DNA from: Porphyridium purpureum
Taxonomy: Eukaryota
Direction: 5' to 3'
Length of the DNA stretch: 64,000 bases
Assembly (NCBI GenBank): GCA_008690995.1
Contig: VRMN01000003.1
Coordinates: 930,001-994,000 of the forward strand
Below the pieces are notes generated by a model, which was not told the DNA's origin, searched no databases, and was given only the letters and a program-made list of their open reading frames with translations. Position 1 is the stretch's first letter; every line of letters begins with the position of its first letter. The translations under genes were made by a program, and so were the position numbers. This document shows, in pieces, positions 41,865-52,539 of the stretch.

Positions 41865-44099
41865 TTACTTTGACGCGGTTGCGTGCTTCTTTTTCTTGCC
41901 TTTCTTCTGGGGTGTGGCTGCCTTCGCCTCCTGCAACTGGCTTGCACGCTTCTCAAGCTTCACAACCTGCTCAACGACTTTCGGGACGGCATCATCGGCT
42001 ACAATAGTGTCATCGTCGCCGCTTAGACCGAAATTCACCTTATTCTCCTTAAATTTCTGCGAGTCGTCTCGCAACGGGTCACTCGACGCAGCACCCACTG
42101 GACCAGATCCAGATACATCCTTGTCTTCCAGAGCGTTTTCCTCCTGTTTCACTTGGTCCGCCATTTCGTGTAAACTCACGGGGTAATGTTCTCCCGCAGA
42201 AGCGACATCCGACTCTGGCGGTGTATTTTCCGTGATACCGCTGTCAAGAGACTCTTGAGATTCCCCTTCCTCAGGGGCATCCTCGGAGCGCTTTTCCGTT
42301 TCTCTACGTGCTTCTACGGTTTGCCTCAACGCAGGCGTCTCTCCGGATTCCACCACAGCAGGCATGTCTTCGGATACTGCCTCTAGAGGACGCTGGGCAG
42401 CAGGCAAAATCTCGGTTTTTTGACTCGGCGTCAAAACATCCGTTGGTATGGCTGCTGCACTGGAAATTGCGTCGTCACTTTCATCAGCTTCACTCACCGA
42501 TGCTCTTGATCCGACCCCGCTTGGCTTTGGAGCTACCTGCACGAGCTGATGGTAGAGGCTACCCATCAAGATATCAGTGCTGGACATTTCATCGCGGCCT
42601 GGATACGGACGCACAGCCTCGTACAATCGGTCGGTTGCCGCAATCCACGAAAGCATATAACGCTCTGTGTCGGTCAAGGGCGCTGGTGTTACGGACAGGG
42701 CCTCCAAAACTGCATCGGAAAAGTCCTGTGCAGATTTGAAGAGTCTGCAGTTTGTGAACTGCTGGAAAAATCGATTTGACGGATGATCCAGCAGTACGAC
42801 TTGCTTGCCCATTGCAAGTGCTTCCGCCGTCGCTGTGCAGACCACGTCACTGCTCGATGGGTTCACAAAGACTCGGTAGCTATGCAACGAAGGGTCTGCG
42901 TGATCCAAAACCGCACCATGAAAGTACGACTTGCCAAACACCTCCGGACGAGATTCTACGTGTTCACGGATAGCATCAACATCAGGTCCGCTGCCGTACA
43001 TGTCAATCACAAGCTGCTCACCTGTTCGAGACTGGTGCTTGTGCATCAATCCTAGCAGTTCTTTATAACCCTTGGACCATAGCGCCTTCCCGAGGAAATA
43101 TGCGCCCTTTGTAAAGTTTTCCGGGCTCATGCCCTTCCCAATCTGGAGAAAGTTGCTTCGCACCCCGTGTACATTGCATGTCACCGCATGCGGCAGCGCG
43201 TGGATAGCGTCGGACAGCTTGACGACGATGTGGCAGTGCACTTTGCAAACCCACTTGTTGATCAGCTTTAGTGCCAGTGCACGAACGGGCCCGGCAATAC
43301 CATATTCCTTTGCATAGGCGGAATAGTTGGTGTGCACGATGCCCGCCACGAATTTGAACTCGTCGGTGAAATATTTGCCTGTGTGGTACCATGTGAGGTG
43401 TTCTGGCTCCTCCATGATACAGAAGTCGCGCACTTGTGAACTCGGCAAGCTGTCGAGGACGTCGCCGACCGGGAATAGACTGCCGAACTCTGGCACATAC
43501 ACGCTTGGATAAAAGGCTATACGAAAGGCGGGCACGGCTTGCGGCCTACCTTCTGCATCAGTGAGAAGTCCTTTTGCGTGCTTGTTGATCCAGCCGCGTA
43601 CCTCTGCTTCCTGATCAAGAGAAGACGCAAAGTGCTTATCCTGGGCGAAAACGTCCTTCTGCTGAAGCGGCTCCACAAACGGTGCAAGCAAAGTGACGCG
43701 GTGGCCTCGGAGCGCAAGGTAGAGCACGCGCATGATGGGGTTGATGGAAGTCCCTGTCATCCACGGAATACACGCCGTCGTGATGACGACAATCTCTCGC
43801 GGCTGCTGCGCGAGATCGCTGGCCGCCTGCAGCGACTTGCCGCGTTTGCGTCGGCGCAACTGCGAGCGCGCCCAATCCACAACCTGCACAGCCGCAATCA
43901 CGGCCACGGTCACGACAACGGCGCGGCGCCCCAATGCAGCAGACTCGCTGCTCGCGGCAGCCGCATCCTGCGTGCCGGGGTCTAAGTAGCCTGCGCGTTC
44001 GGCGCGGCGCGCGTCCTGCCTCTGGAAAAAGGACTGCAGGAGCCGCACGCCGACCAACGTGCAGCCGCCAATCACAGACAATGTTTCCTTGGCCACCAT
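41865..44099 (-). CDS. Plant-type digalactosyldiacylglycerol synthase (DGD1/DGD2 family, GT4)
   Basis: TTACIPWMTGTSINP, EEPEHLTWYH, GIVHTNY, CHIVVKLS, NVHGV, KGAYFLGKALWSKGY, FVNPSSSDVVCTATAEALAMGK and HPSNRFF. Confidence 0.94.
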   Translation of the reverse strand: MVAKETLSVIGGCTLVGVRLLQSFFQRQDARRAERAGYLDPGTQDAAAASSESAALGRRAVVVTVAVIAAVQVVDWARSQLRRRKRGKSLQAASDLAQQPREIVVITTACIPWMTGTSINPIMRVLYLALRGHRVTLLAPFVEPLQQKDVFAQDKHFASSLDQEAEVRGWINKHAKGLLTDAEGRPQAVPAFRIAFYPSVYVPEFGSLFPVGDVLDSLPSSQVRDFCIMEEPEHLTWYHTGKYFTDEFKFVAGIVHTNYSAYAKEYGIAGPVRALALKLINKWVCKVHCHIVVKLSDAIHALPHAVTCNVHGVRSNFLQIGKGMSPENFTKGAYFLGKALWSKGYKELLGLMHKHQSRTGEQLVIDMYGSGPDVDAIREHVESRPEVFGKSYFHGAVLDHADPSLHSYRVFVNPSSSDVVCTATAEALAMGKQVVLLDHPSNRFFQQFTNCRLFKSAQDFSDAVLEALSVTPAPLTDTERYMLSWIAATDRLYEAVRPYPGRDEMSSTDILMGSLYHQLVQVAPKPSGVGSRASVSEADESDDAISSAAAIPTDVLTPSQKTEILPAAQRPLEAVSEDMPAVVESGETPALRQTVEARRETEKRSEDAPEEGESQESLDSGITENTPPESDVASAGEHYPVSLHEMADQVKQEENALEDKDVSGSGPVGAASSDPLRDDSQKFKENKVNFGLSGDDDTIVADDAVPKVVEQVVKLEKRASQLQEAKAATPQKKGKKKKHATASK

Positions 44100-44427
44100 T
44101 CTGCAACCGCTACACGTCTACCATAACAAAACCCGGCACCGACCCAAAGCATGCGATCGCAGCGCGATTGGTTCTGCGCGCCTTCGAGCACGCGCGCCCG
44201 CTCGCCGCACCACCTGCCCAAGTCAGAAATCCCCGAGATCACAGTACGTCCACACTGTACATTAGACCGGTTTCGAGGAGAAAAATGCGGATTGAACGAG
44301 AAAGGAACGGAAAAAATGCAGCTTCAATTTGCGGGAGCGTCCACTGACGGAAGACTGTGCTGTGCTTATGTCTAACCTTGTACATTAGTGGTCCGTCCTC
44401 GCGCCGGAATGCGATGTCATGCGGAGC

Positions 44428-45567
44428 CTAGAAGAAGTAGCCGCTGTCCAGCGCCTTCTGCGCGGTGATGCGGCGCGCAGGGTTCCCAGAGAGCATGCCG
44501 GCGAGGAGCTTGAAGGCGCTTTGGCCTTCCGGGTCGTTCAAGACTGCGGTGATGCCGCTCGAGGCCCCGGCAGCGTTGCAGTACGTGACCAGGTCGTAGT
44601 TGTACCGCTCCAGCTGGTTCTTGAACTGCAGTAGAGCGCTGTCGGCCGACAGGTCGGGGCACAGACACTTGACTCCAATCAGACCCAGGCTGAACACGTC
44701 AAAGCGGTCAGGGTTCATCACACTGATCCGGCGCTCTGGCGCACCGTACAGCGGGTCCATGGTTGCCGTGCCCAGTCCCTTCTTAAACGGAGTAGACCAG
44801 TCCACCGAACTGCCAAAATCAATCAGCTTCAGCGGCGCATCCGGGTCAGTCTCAACCACAATCACATTTTCAGGTTTGATATCGCGGTGGTAGATGCCGG
44901 CAGACTGAATCTGCACCACCGCAAGGAGCAGCTCACCGATCACTTTTCGGAATAAACCCGTCCGCACCTGTGCAGACACCGGAGCAGAGACACCCAGCGT
45001 GGCATACACCGCATCGAGAGGGCGTGACGACAAGAGATGGTCAAGCGTGTCGCCAGATCCTGCCTTGCGCCACACAATCACTTGCTGCGACTTGTACTCG
45101 GTGCACCCAAGGAACTCGGGCCAGTATGCAGGCGACACCTTGGCACTTAGCGCAGCCAGCTTTTTGTTGATGTAAACTTCCTGACTGAACAAGTCATTAG
45201 CAACAGGGTCTGAGTTTGCCTGCTTGAGCACAACTTGCTCACCAGTCGAAATCTGAGTCCCAAACCATACATTTCCGAACGATCCCGTTGTGGTCGGCAC
45301 GTCCCAAGTTACATCGTAGTCAGCGCCCGGCGGTTCCAAGATCATGTGGCACGGTGCTCCGGCTGGACGCGCCGTACTCCTGACATTCTCTTCACCCGCT
45401 ATTCTTCTTCTTGGAGCTCTCGAGCTCCGTCGCACATGCGCGACGCGCCGCAATCCGCTCCTCTCCCGGAAGCTGCCCGGCTGCATCGCAGCTGGCCGAG
45501 CAAGATTCGGCGAGGCCGACGGGTCGGATAATGCAGCTCCATTCAGCGCAGACACGAACGCCGCCAT
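44428..45567 (-). CDS. Plastid-targeted Ser/Thr kinase, STN7/STN8-related
   Basis: MAAFVS presequence; GSFGNVW, YHRDIKPEN, KLIDFGSSVD, DPLYGAPE, NPDRFDVFSLG and QLERYNYDL, typical of the STN7/Stt7 family. Confidence 0.82.
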   Translation of the reverse strand: MAAFVSALNGAALSDPSASPNLARPAAMQPGSFRERSGLRRVAHVRRSSRAPRRRIAGEENVRSTARPAGAPCHMILEPPGADYDVTWDVPTTTGSFGNVWFGTQISTGEQVVLKQANSDPVANDLFSQEVYINKKLAALSAKVSPAYWPEFLGCTEYKSQQVIVWRKAGSGDTLDHLLSSRPLDAVYATLGVSAPVSAQVRTGLFRKVIGELLLAVVQIQSAGIYHRDIKPENVIVVETDPDAPLKLIDFGSSVDWSTPFKKGLGTATMDPLYGAPERRISVMNPDRFDVFSLGLIGVKCLCPDLSADSALLQFKNQLERYNYDLVTYCNAAGASSGITAVLNDPEGQSAFKLLAGMLSGNPARRITAQKALDSGYFF

Positions 45568-45806
45568 GATAATCGTACTTCTGCTTTGGCACTCGACACA
45601 CCAATCATTGTCTTCCATCTCTATCCGCACGTTTCAGCTCGAGCCCCACATTCCAACTTATCCTCACCTCAACCGCTTAAACCATTTTGACCGATGAAAC
45701 CGGTTGGACTGGTCAGTCAGCTTGGACCGGTTGGACCGGACGAACCGGTCCTGAGTGGGCGCGAGTTTGGAGGAGGCGGATGCAGGAAAGACGAAGGGGG
45801 AGAGAA

Positions 45807-47201
45807 ATGGAAGGCATAGGTAGTGAGCAGGAAAGTGTCGGGCGGGAGTCCCTGGAGCGATGGGAGAGCGAGCTCCGGGAGGAGCATGCGGTGTACAGTG
45901 CCGTCCTGAAGCTGGAGCACGAGCTGGACTCGCGCATGCTGGTTCTGGAGCGCGCCGCTCGCGAGATGGCGGTTCGTAAGTGCTCGACGTGCGTGCCGCT
46001 GGTCAAGGCGGGGACTGACGCCGGCCTGTGCACGTCGTATCGCTTACTTCGAGTGCATGTGCTGAGTTCCATGTCCCTGCAGCATACGCCCAGCAACGCT
46101 CCCGGCTCCGTCGATGCGGGCGGAGACCCTCCCGAGCCGCTCGCACACGGCGCCGAAGACGAGCCAAAACAGCCACAGAGAACTTGGACGCTGCGAGTGT
46201 GCGGGGGAGTTTTCATGCCGGATCGTGTAACACCAGACACGAAGCGCAGCTTCATGGGCTGCGTGCGACGGCTCGAGATCGCCACGGATGCACTAGGATC
46301 TCGTTTTGAATGGATGCGCGCAAGAGAGCCTGCAAAGTACTCGAACCGAATGCACCACATTGAAGGGCCGGAGGGTGACGCTGATGGAGTGGATCTCACG
46401 CGCCAAGTCCCGGACTCCGCCTTCAACGTCCGAATTGAGATCACGCCGCACGCCGAAGTCGTGACACGATTCAAGCTGTCCGAACAAATTCAACTGCTGC
46501 TGGGCTGTGACGTCGCCTCGCGCGCGATCGTCAAGTCGGCTGTATGGAACTATATCCGGTTAAGAAAGCTTCTGGTGAATGATGGCACGCCGCGCGTGCT
46601 TGTAGACGATTACATTGCGGCATTGTTCACTGGGGCACATAAGATCACAGCCGACCGACAAGCATCCAACTCACCGTCCAAGAGTGCGGCATCTCCTGCA
46701 GTCAAGCCCGTCAAGCCGCCCAAATTTCTTCCATTGAGCGGCATGCAAGGGATCATCGATCCTCATCTCAGTCCGCTTCCTGGACTCGTGTTGGACGTTC
46801 GCGTAGATCCGGATGGCCCGCCTCAAGAAATCTGTTACGACCTTCGGCTAGACATTGATGAATTCCATGAGGAGCACGCGCAGATCTCCAGCTCACTTCT
46901 GGATGTGTCGCGAGCAGATCAGGACGTCCTGGACAGAAACAATCATGATTATGGCCTGGCTGTACGTGATATCATGAAGAAGCGACAGAGGCGCCGATTC
47001 TTTGAGTCGTTTTCCCGCGCACCACACAGCGCCGTGGTCAAGATTCTACAGGATCAAGCGCGGGAGCTCGAGCTCATGGATACTCATCGTTTGGACCGTG
47101 TTCATCAGAACTCAAAATTCTATCAAAAGCGATGGGTGCACGAAGCGATTCCAAGGTATTTGATTCGAAAGGCGTTGCACATGAAAGGTCCGGCGCAATA
47201 G
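45807..47201 (+). CDS. SWI/SNF subunit SMARCD/BAF60/Swp73 (SWIB domain)
   Basis: LLRVHV, WTLRVCG, ADGVDLTR, RFKLSEQIQLLLG...VWNYIRLRKL, CYDL, RRRFFESFSRAP and FYQKRWVHEAIPRYL. Confidence 0.88.
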   Translation: MEGIGSEQESVGRESLERWESELREEHAVYSAVLKLEHELDSRMLVLERAAREMAVRKCSTCVPLVKAGTDAGLCTSYRLLRVHVLSSMSLQHTPSNAPGSVDAGGDPPEPLAHGAEDEPKQPQRTWTLRVCGGVFMPDRVTPDTKRSFMGCVRRLEIATDALGSRFEWMRAREPAKYSNRMHHIEGPEGDADGVDLTRQVPDSAFNVRIEITPHAEVVTRFKLSEQIQLLLGCDVASRAIVKSAVWNYIRLRKLLVNDGTPRVLVDDYIAALFTGAHKITADRQASNSPSKSAASPAVKPVKPPKFLPLSGMQGIIDPHLSPLPGLVLDVRVDPDGPPQEICYDLRLDIDEFHEEHAQISSSLLDVSRADQDVLDRNNHDYGLAVRDIMKKRQRRRFFESFSRAPHSAVVKILQDQARELELMDTHRLDRVHQNSKFYQKRWVHEAIPRYLIRKALHMKGPAQ

Positions 47202-47218
47202 TCGGAAAGGTTTACGTC

Positions 47219-48178
47219 TTACAGCTTGACACTTAGAGCCAGAAGTGTAGAAACGAGCGTGACGCTGATAAGGTTCACGGCCTCATTCGAAAGTACATCC
47301 ACCCCGCTAATACGCGTAACGGAGGCTGGGTACCGGCCCCCAGCCTTCACGCGCACCACGCATTTTGCGTCGAGATCATAGTCTGACGCCTGGAAGACAG
47401 CACCGAGCAAGCTGTCAGTAAGTGAGCCCAAAAACCCCGCGATGGTTCCAAGGGACATGTGCCGGAGTAAATCTCCTACTGAAGCTCCATCCAGACACGC
47501 TATTCCATCGGAGAGCAAACAATGCAAGTTCGAAAGATAAAACACGAGACCGATAAATGCACCGCCAAGTGCAGACGCGATTGTCCCAACAATTGTAATT
47601 CCGCCATTAGTTCCTCGTGGAACGCGGCGAAAGGGTGGCAGCACGAGCCTCGGGGTGTCCCATTCGAATCGGTTGGCCGTGCCGATCTCAGAAGCCCACG
47701 TGTCTCCCGCGGATCCCGCAAAGAAGCACAGATAGAAGACGATCAATGAGCGGCAGATGTCGAGCGACGAAGCTCGTGCAACGCAGCCGAAGGAACAGTC
47801 CGTCCCGCACACAGATCGGAACATGACTGCTGCCAAAACAGCTGGGATCGTAGTGGCGAGGACTTGCGAGCTGTTCCGGCCGTGCGGTGCCTGCGTGGAC
47901 GTGCCATTGCTGTCACCTGCGGAATCTGCGATATCGGAGCGATCAAGCCTGCGCTTCTCTTCTTGGCGCCACTTGGTCAGTCTTGTTCCTGAAAAGTAAA
48001 ACAGCAGCAATGTCAAGCCGAATCGCCATGAACACGACAGCGACGTCGCGCCCACGATGAACGCAGCGATGGCTCCGTCATGGGTGAGACTGCCGCGTCG
48101 ATGGCCCTTGTATGCGGCGACTGACGCAATCACTACGGCGAGGAGGGCGCGAACAATGTCGTGCGCATAGGCTGACAT
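47219..48178 (-). CDS. DUF92/TMEM19 (PGR-like) membrane protein
   Basis: SLTHDGA, GRNSSQVLA, GDTWASEIG, VPRGTNGGITIVG, GSLTDSLLGAVFQ and LSNEAVN. Confidence 0.9.
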   Translation of the reverse strand: MSAYAHDIVRALLAVVIASVAAYKGHRRGSLTHDGAIAAFIVGATSLSCSWRFGLTLLLFYFSGTRLTKWRQEEKRRLDRSDIADSAGDSNGTSTQAPHGRNSSQVLATTIPAVLAAVMFRSVCGTDCSFGCVARASSLDICRSLIVFYLCFFAGSAGDTWASEIGTANRFEWDTPRLVLPPFRRVPRGTNGGITIVGTIASALGGAFIGLVFYLSNLHCLLSDGIACLDGASVGDLLRHMSLGTIAGFLGSLTDSLLGAVFQASDYDLDAKCVVRVKAGGRYPASVTRISGVDVLSNEAVNLISVTLVSTLLALSVKL

Positions 48179-48243
48179 GCTTCGTGCTATGTTCCTCGGC
48201 GCCGCCTAAATTCCTTCATGAGCCGCATTCTCGACCTTTTATA

Positions 48244-48951
48244 TTACGAAGTGCCGTTTGTTGCGGTAGAAGCCGAACTCGTTTTCGCGTGGTGGTTCTG
48301 TTTCACGACAGACAGGTATTCTTCTGGTATCTGATCCGCCGAGCAGGACTCATACTTTGCCATCAGGTCCTTGCCCAAGGCCTCGCGGATGGGAGCCAGG
48401 ACATGGGATGCGACAGGCAAGTCCGAACGAACCAGAATGCTTGTCTGCAATACTTGCATAGCTTTGTCTGGGAAGACGATGCGGCTTGTCCTGGTTCTGT
48501 ACCGTTCGTAGCCGAGGTCAGTCATCTCTAGGGCAAATGCAGTCATACTTTTTTGCCGGGACGTGGTGGCACAAAAGATCTCCCAACCCTCCTCATTCCG
48601 GTCGAACAAATCATTTGGCATGTTGATAATCTTTTGGTCCTTGTATGCCCTCCAAATGAGCGCGCGCGCGTCCGTATGAATAGCCTGGAAACCACCGTCC
48701 ACCAACGCGTGCATCATCAAGCGGTATGAAATCGCGCGCGGGTACGCTTGTACCAGAGAGTGAAGAATGAAGTCGCCGGCCTTCACGGTCATCTTCTCCA
48801 TCTTTCGCTGCAGCTCAGTCTTCCCACTCTTACCCTTGCTTCTTTTCAACGTGCTACTCCATCGTGCCAGCGGCGATTGCCGCCATGCAGCGCTACTCGC
48901 CGGGCTCCGCAGTGCTGCAGCGACCGTGCTCATCCACATGACGCCATGCAT
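48244..48951 (-). CDS. Tandem-array family protein, copy 1 (AYPRAI family, predicted mitochondrial)
   Basis: Presequence ...WRQSPLARWSST; core DFILHSLVQAYPRAISY...ALEMTDLGY...DLP...VLAPIREALG...QIPEEYL. Possible ATGs at 48951, 48939 and 48933. Confidence 0.8.
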   Translation of the reverse strand: MHGVMWMSTVAAALRSPASSAAWRQSPLARWSSTLKRSKGKSGKTELQRKMEKMTVKAGDFILHSLVQAYPRAISYRLMMHALVDGGFQAIHTDARALIWRAYKDQKIINMPNDLFDRNEEGWEIFCATTSRQKSMTAFALEMTDLGYERYRTRTSRIVFPDKAMQVLQTSILVRSDLPVASHVLAPIREALGKDLMAKYESCSADQIPEEYLSVVKQNHHAKTSSASTATNGTS

Positions 48952-49157
48952 TTGAGTCGCCCACCAAAAAGAAAAGGATACACTGGCACTCAGGATAATG
49001 GGCATTGGTAAGAGATGGCTGAACAAAGTCTGGTTCTGAGTCAGGCAGGGGAATCGCAATGACTTGTTCTCTGTCTGATTGAGCAACGCCGTGTGACATG
49101 AGATTCCTCAGCTGAGGCTTTACTGAATAATTGAAGTGTAGTTTTGGCCGGCTCGCA

Positions 49158-50138
49158 CTAGTTCCAATCGACCTTATACTTCCCTCGCTTCTTTCGTTCA
49201 TTCGACGCCTTTCGACACCACTCGTGGTACGCCGAAACCAACTTTTCGGGACTGCCCTTATCGGCTTCCTGTCCTGCGGCACTTTCACTTGGATCATCCT
49301 GGCGCTTCTCTGCTGATGTGCCGTTGGATTCTCGACTGGTCTCATCGGTCTTGCCTTTGTCATGGGTACTTTCGTCTAGAGACAGGCAGTCTGTCTCCGA
49401 CAGTTGCTCATGCCGTACAGCCGCGAGATACTTCTCCGGTACTTGTTCTGGGAGTGCATACTGGTACTTTTCTGCGAACAATTCTTCGCCGATTGCTTTG
49501 CGAACGGGACGCAAGATGAAGTTTGCGCGCGGTAGATCCGGAATGCTCAAGATCTGTTCCAGCTCTCGTCTTGCTTCGTCAGGAGCTGGGATGGACAGCG
49601 TCCTCTCCAGGTACATGACGTAGCCCTTGTCACTCAGTTCTATTGGGAACGCTCGTAGCGACTTGCTGTTCCTTCGAGTGAGTTCCTTAAAGTCGTGCCA
49701 GCCTTTGTGTTTGGCATCTGGCAAGTTTACATTGCCAAAATGTTTGTGCGCAGCCCAAATGAAGTGCCTCGCCTGCTTGTAATCGCGATTCGGGATAAAG
49801 CCACCCTTGACCAGCGCGTGCAACATTCTGCGGTACGGAATAGCGCGAGGGTAGGCTTGCACTAACGCATACAACATAAAATCCACGTCCTTGAATTTTC
49901 TTGCGCCACCACTCGTCAGCATTGCATTCCTCGGCTGCGACGCAGGCTCTGAAACAAACGCCTCATCTTCCCGTTCGACTGGTCCTTCGTTTTCTTCGCC
50001 TTGGTCAAGCGTCACATCGCCGTGCTGCGCTTGCGTCTCCCGCGCGGCGCTACTGCACGATTTTGCTGGAATTCGATGCCACGAACTGGCGCTACCCCAC
50101 ACGCGCAGCGCGGCTCCAGCTCTTGCGAGGCGCAGCAT
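49158..50138 (-). CDS. Tandem-array family protein, copy 2
   Basis: MLRLARAGAALRVW...; DFMLYALVQAYPRAIPYRRM...PIELSDKGY...DLPRANFILRPVRKAIGEELF...QVPEKYL. Confidence 0.82.
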   Translation of the reverse strand: MLRLARAGAALRVWGSASSWHRIPAKSCSSAARETQAQHGDVTLDQGEENEGPVEREDEAFVSEPASQPRNAMLTSGGARKFKDVDFMLYALVQAYPRAIPYRRMLHALVKGGFIPNRDYKQARHFIWAAHKHFGNVNLPDAKHKGWHDFKELTRRNSKSLRAFPIELSDKGYVMYLERTLSIPAPDEARRELEQILSIPDLPRANFILRPVRKAIGEELFAEKYQYALPEQVPEKYLAAVRHEQLSETDCLSLDESTHDKGKTDETSRESNGTSAEKRQDDPSESAAGQEADKGSPEKLVSAYHEWCRKASNERKKRGKYKVDWN

Positions 50139-51157
50139 CCGCACTGACCGCTCCTGGCCCCTTAGTACTTTGAGTCTTGCTCGGGAAAAATCAAGACACA
50201 AAGCGATCGACACCCGCATAGTATTTTTGCAAGCAGCGACATTTATTGACGAAGATCGAGGGACTGATATTCCAACAACGCGACGAAAGCAAGAGACGAC
50301 GCTTTAGCAATACCTGGACATCTCGGCTGTGTATGTCCACTTCGCTTGCGTGTGGCTATCCAAAAGCATTGTTTGCGGACGAAACGAAGAACCAGCGAAC
50401 GATACTCACGATGGAGCGAGTAGCTACTGCCTTCTTTCAATGTCTTCTTTGCTCCATCGCATGTTCTTCGTCATCAGGTTCCCAGCTGTCAGCTTCTCAC
50501 CCATCTGATCTCTCGTCGGATCTCAAGTACAAGATGATTTCCGTTGCATCACAGTAACCATGTGGCGCCCCAAAACCACGCCAAGGCCAGGTCTTAGTGA
50601 GTGACACTTTGATCCGAACACACCACGGCGTGAGCAGAGAGATCCATGGCAGAGACAGGAAAAATATGCAGTCCGCTTCCGCGACCACGAACAGCAGCAG
50701 TCATGCTGAATATCGCCCATTTCATACCAGATCAGACCTCCAAAGCACCAGGGATGATTTTTCCGGTCATGACCACTCAAATTTTGCCTTTCTGACGAAA
50801 CTGCATCGATCTGTTTAGCGTGATTTCGGATGAGCAGGTGGACTTCACTTTACCTGCTTGGCGGAACGGCGACACGTAGATCGACATCGCAATGCCTACT
50901 CGCCTACCGATTCTCACGACATTCGGTAAACTTGACATGCCGCCATCATGGTGGCACAACTGTCACACTGCTCGGCTTTTCTCAGCAAGAGGGTGTGCGC
51001 TGCCTACCATGTTAACCCTGGCCAAGGAACATGGTGCTTTCCCGTTAACGGCCGCCAAGGTTCTTTTGCGCCTCTCTATTTCACAATATCGTATACTGCT
51101 CTTCTCCAACTACTCTCCTGAAGGCCTTTGCGCGACTGCTGATGCGTCATTTACAAC

Positions 51158-52015
51158 TTATTGTACATGCTCTGACGCCGTTGTCTGAGCCGTAAGATGA
51201 ATATTATCTTGTGCCTCCGCTTGGTGTTGCGCAGGACCATCTTGCAGGCCTTGGTCATTCGATGTCAAGTGCTTGAATTTCATTGCCGCGAGAAACTTCT
51301 CGGGTACTTGTTGTGGGCTCACGTACTTGTATTTAGCTGCAAACAGCTCTTCGCCGATGGCCTCGCGCACGGGCGGCAGGATAATATTTGCAGGTGGCAA
51401 GTTAGGAACTTGTAGAATCTTTTCCACTTCTCGCCTTGCTAGATCTGGGACCGCAATATGACGGGTCCTTTCTAAATACTTCATGTACCCGACGTCGTTC
51501 ATCTCGATCGGAAAAATCGTGAGAGCCTTGCACTGTCCTTTCGTTAAGCGTTTGAATCGTTCGAAAACCATAGACTTCGTGTTCTGTATGCTGATCGCAC
51601 GATATCTTTTGCACGAATACCAAATAAAGGACCGCGCGTCTCGATGATGATGCATGCAGCCGGCGTCCACCAACGCACGCATCATCCTTCGGTACGGAAT
51701 CGCGCGCGGATACGCTTGCAGCAACGCGTATAGCATGAAATCCACCTTACTGAAGAACACTTGATACGTGCGTGACCGCACTCTGCGCGAATTTTCCGCT
51801 TCTGAGTTGTCTTTTGCATGGGGCGGCTCTCGTCCGTCCTCCCAATCTTGTTCATCAAACCGCCCTCTACCGTGTGGAACAATTTGCTGGAGTCCGCGTG
51901 CCACGGTGCACCACATCATGGACGGACCTCGACGCCATGCAATACCACTTAGTGCGCTGCGGCGCGCGGCGCTCGCTCTCGTAACGCACATCATCCGGAC
52001 ATCTTTTACAAACAT
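51158..52015 (-). CDS. Tandem-array family protein, copy 3
   Basis: DFMLYALLQAYPRAIPYRRM...PIEMNDVGY...NLPPANIILPPVREAIGEELF...QVPEKFL; Arg-rich N-terminus. Confidence 0.82.
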   Translation of the reverse strand: MFVKDVRMMCVTRASAARRSALSGIAWRRGPSMMWCTVARGLQQIVPHGRGRFDEQDWEDGREPPHAKDNSEAENSRRVRSRTYQVFFSKVDFMLYALLQAYPRAIPYRRMMRALVDAGCMHHHRDARSFIWYSCKRYRAISIQNTKSMVFERFKRLTKGQCKALTIFPIEMNDVGYMKYLERTRHIAVPDLARREVEKILQVPNLPPANIILPPVREAIGEELFAAKYKYVSPQQVPEKFLAAMKFKHLTSNDQGLQDGPAQHQAEAQDNIHLTAQTTASEHVQ

Positions 52016-52169
52016 CTACACTCGGTCTCAGGATGTATCTGCTCGACGTTCGAAGTTTTATCCCATTGACACTGTGCAAGTCACGCTGACCAATACGAGG
52101 GCATGAATGGTCCTCCACAAAGTCAGATGCCAGAGCGATGATCATGAGGACGATGCGCGTCGCCGGAAG

Positions 52170-52440
52170 ATCAACAAGCTGATATTCATTGAAAAGGTAT
52201 CCTGCGTCACGGGTTGAGGAATTGGGAACATGTGTGTAAACGGAAGAAGTTGGAAGTGTGGGCCCTGTTTTGGATACTTGCTTCTGAACCTTTGTTTTGT
52301 TCGCTACCTTGTACTCCTGCGCGTTCATCTCGAGGGCAACAGCAGAATGCCCTTTCGAAGAAACATGGAGCCAGCGGCATCGGGGCTCGTGGACAGGGCC
52401 TTGACCAGAGTTTGAATGATGAATTTGGAAAAAAATAAAG
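52170..52440 (-). pseudogene. Highly decayed relic of the tandem-array family
   Basis: Fragments in family order across frames: FFSKFIIQTLVKA (52435-52397), CPRA (52395-52384), ALEMNAQEY (52337-52311), LFNEYQ (52196-52179). Internally deleted relative to the intact copies. Confidence 0.4.
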
Positions 52441-52539
52441 AACACTGTCCCGGACTTGCACGCTGTCTCTGTGATAATTCGGCCAATAATGCAGCTTCTG
52501 TCTTCTGGCATTCTGGGCTATCATCGAGTCTCGTCCCGT

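Noticed and set aside
45699..45751. Degenerate 9-bp repeats (ACCGGTTGG-like) giving GWTG repeats at the ORF-track N-terminus of SMARCD
   Set aside because: Upstream of the likely ATG (45807) in a divergent promoter; short and degenerate, so not called as coding or as an element.
50240..51150. Additional array relic between copies 2 and 3
   Set aside because: I found no family motif in the minus-strand translations; it may be too decayed to see by eye.
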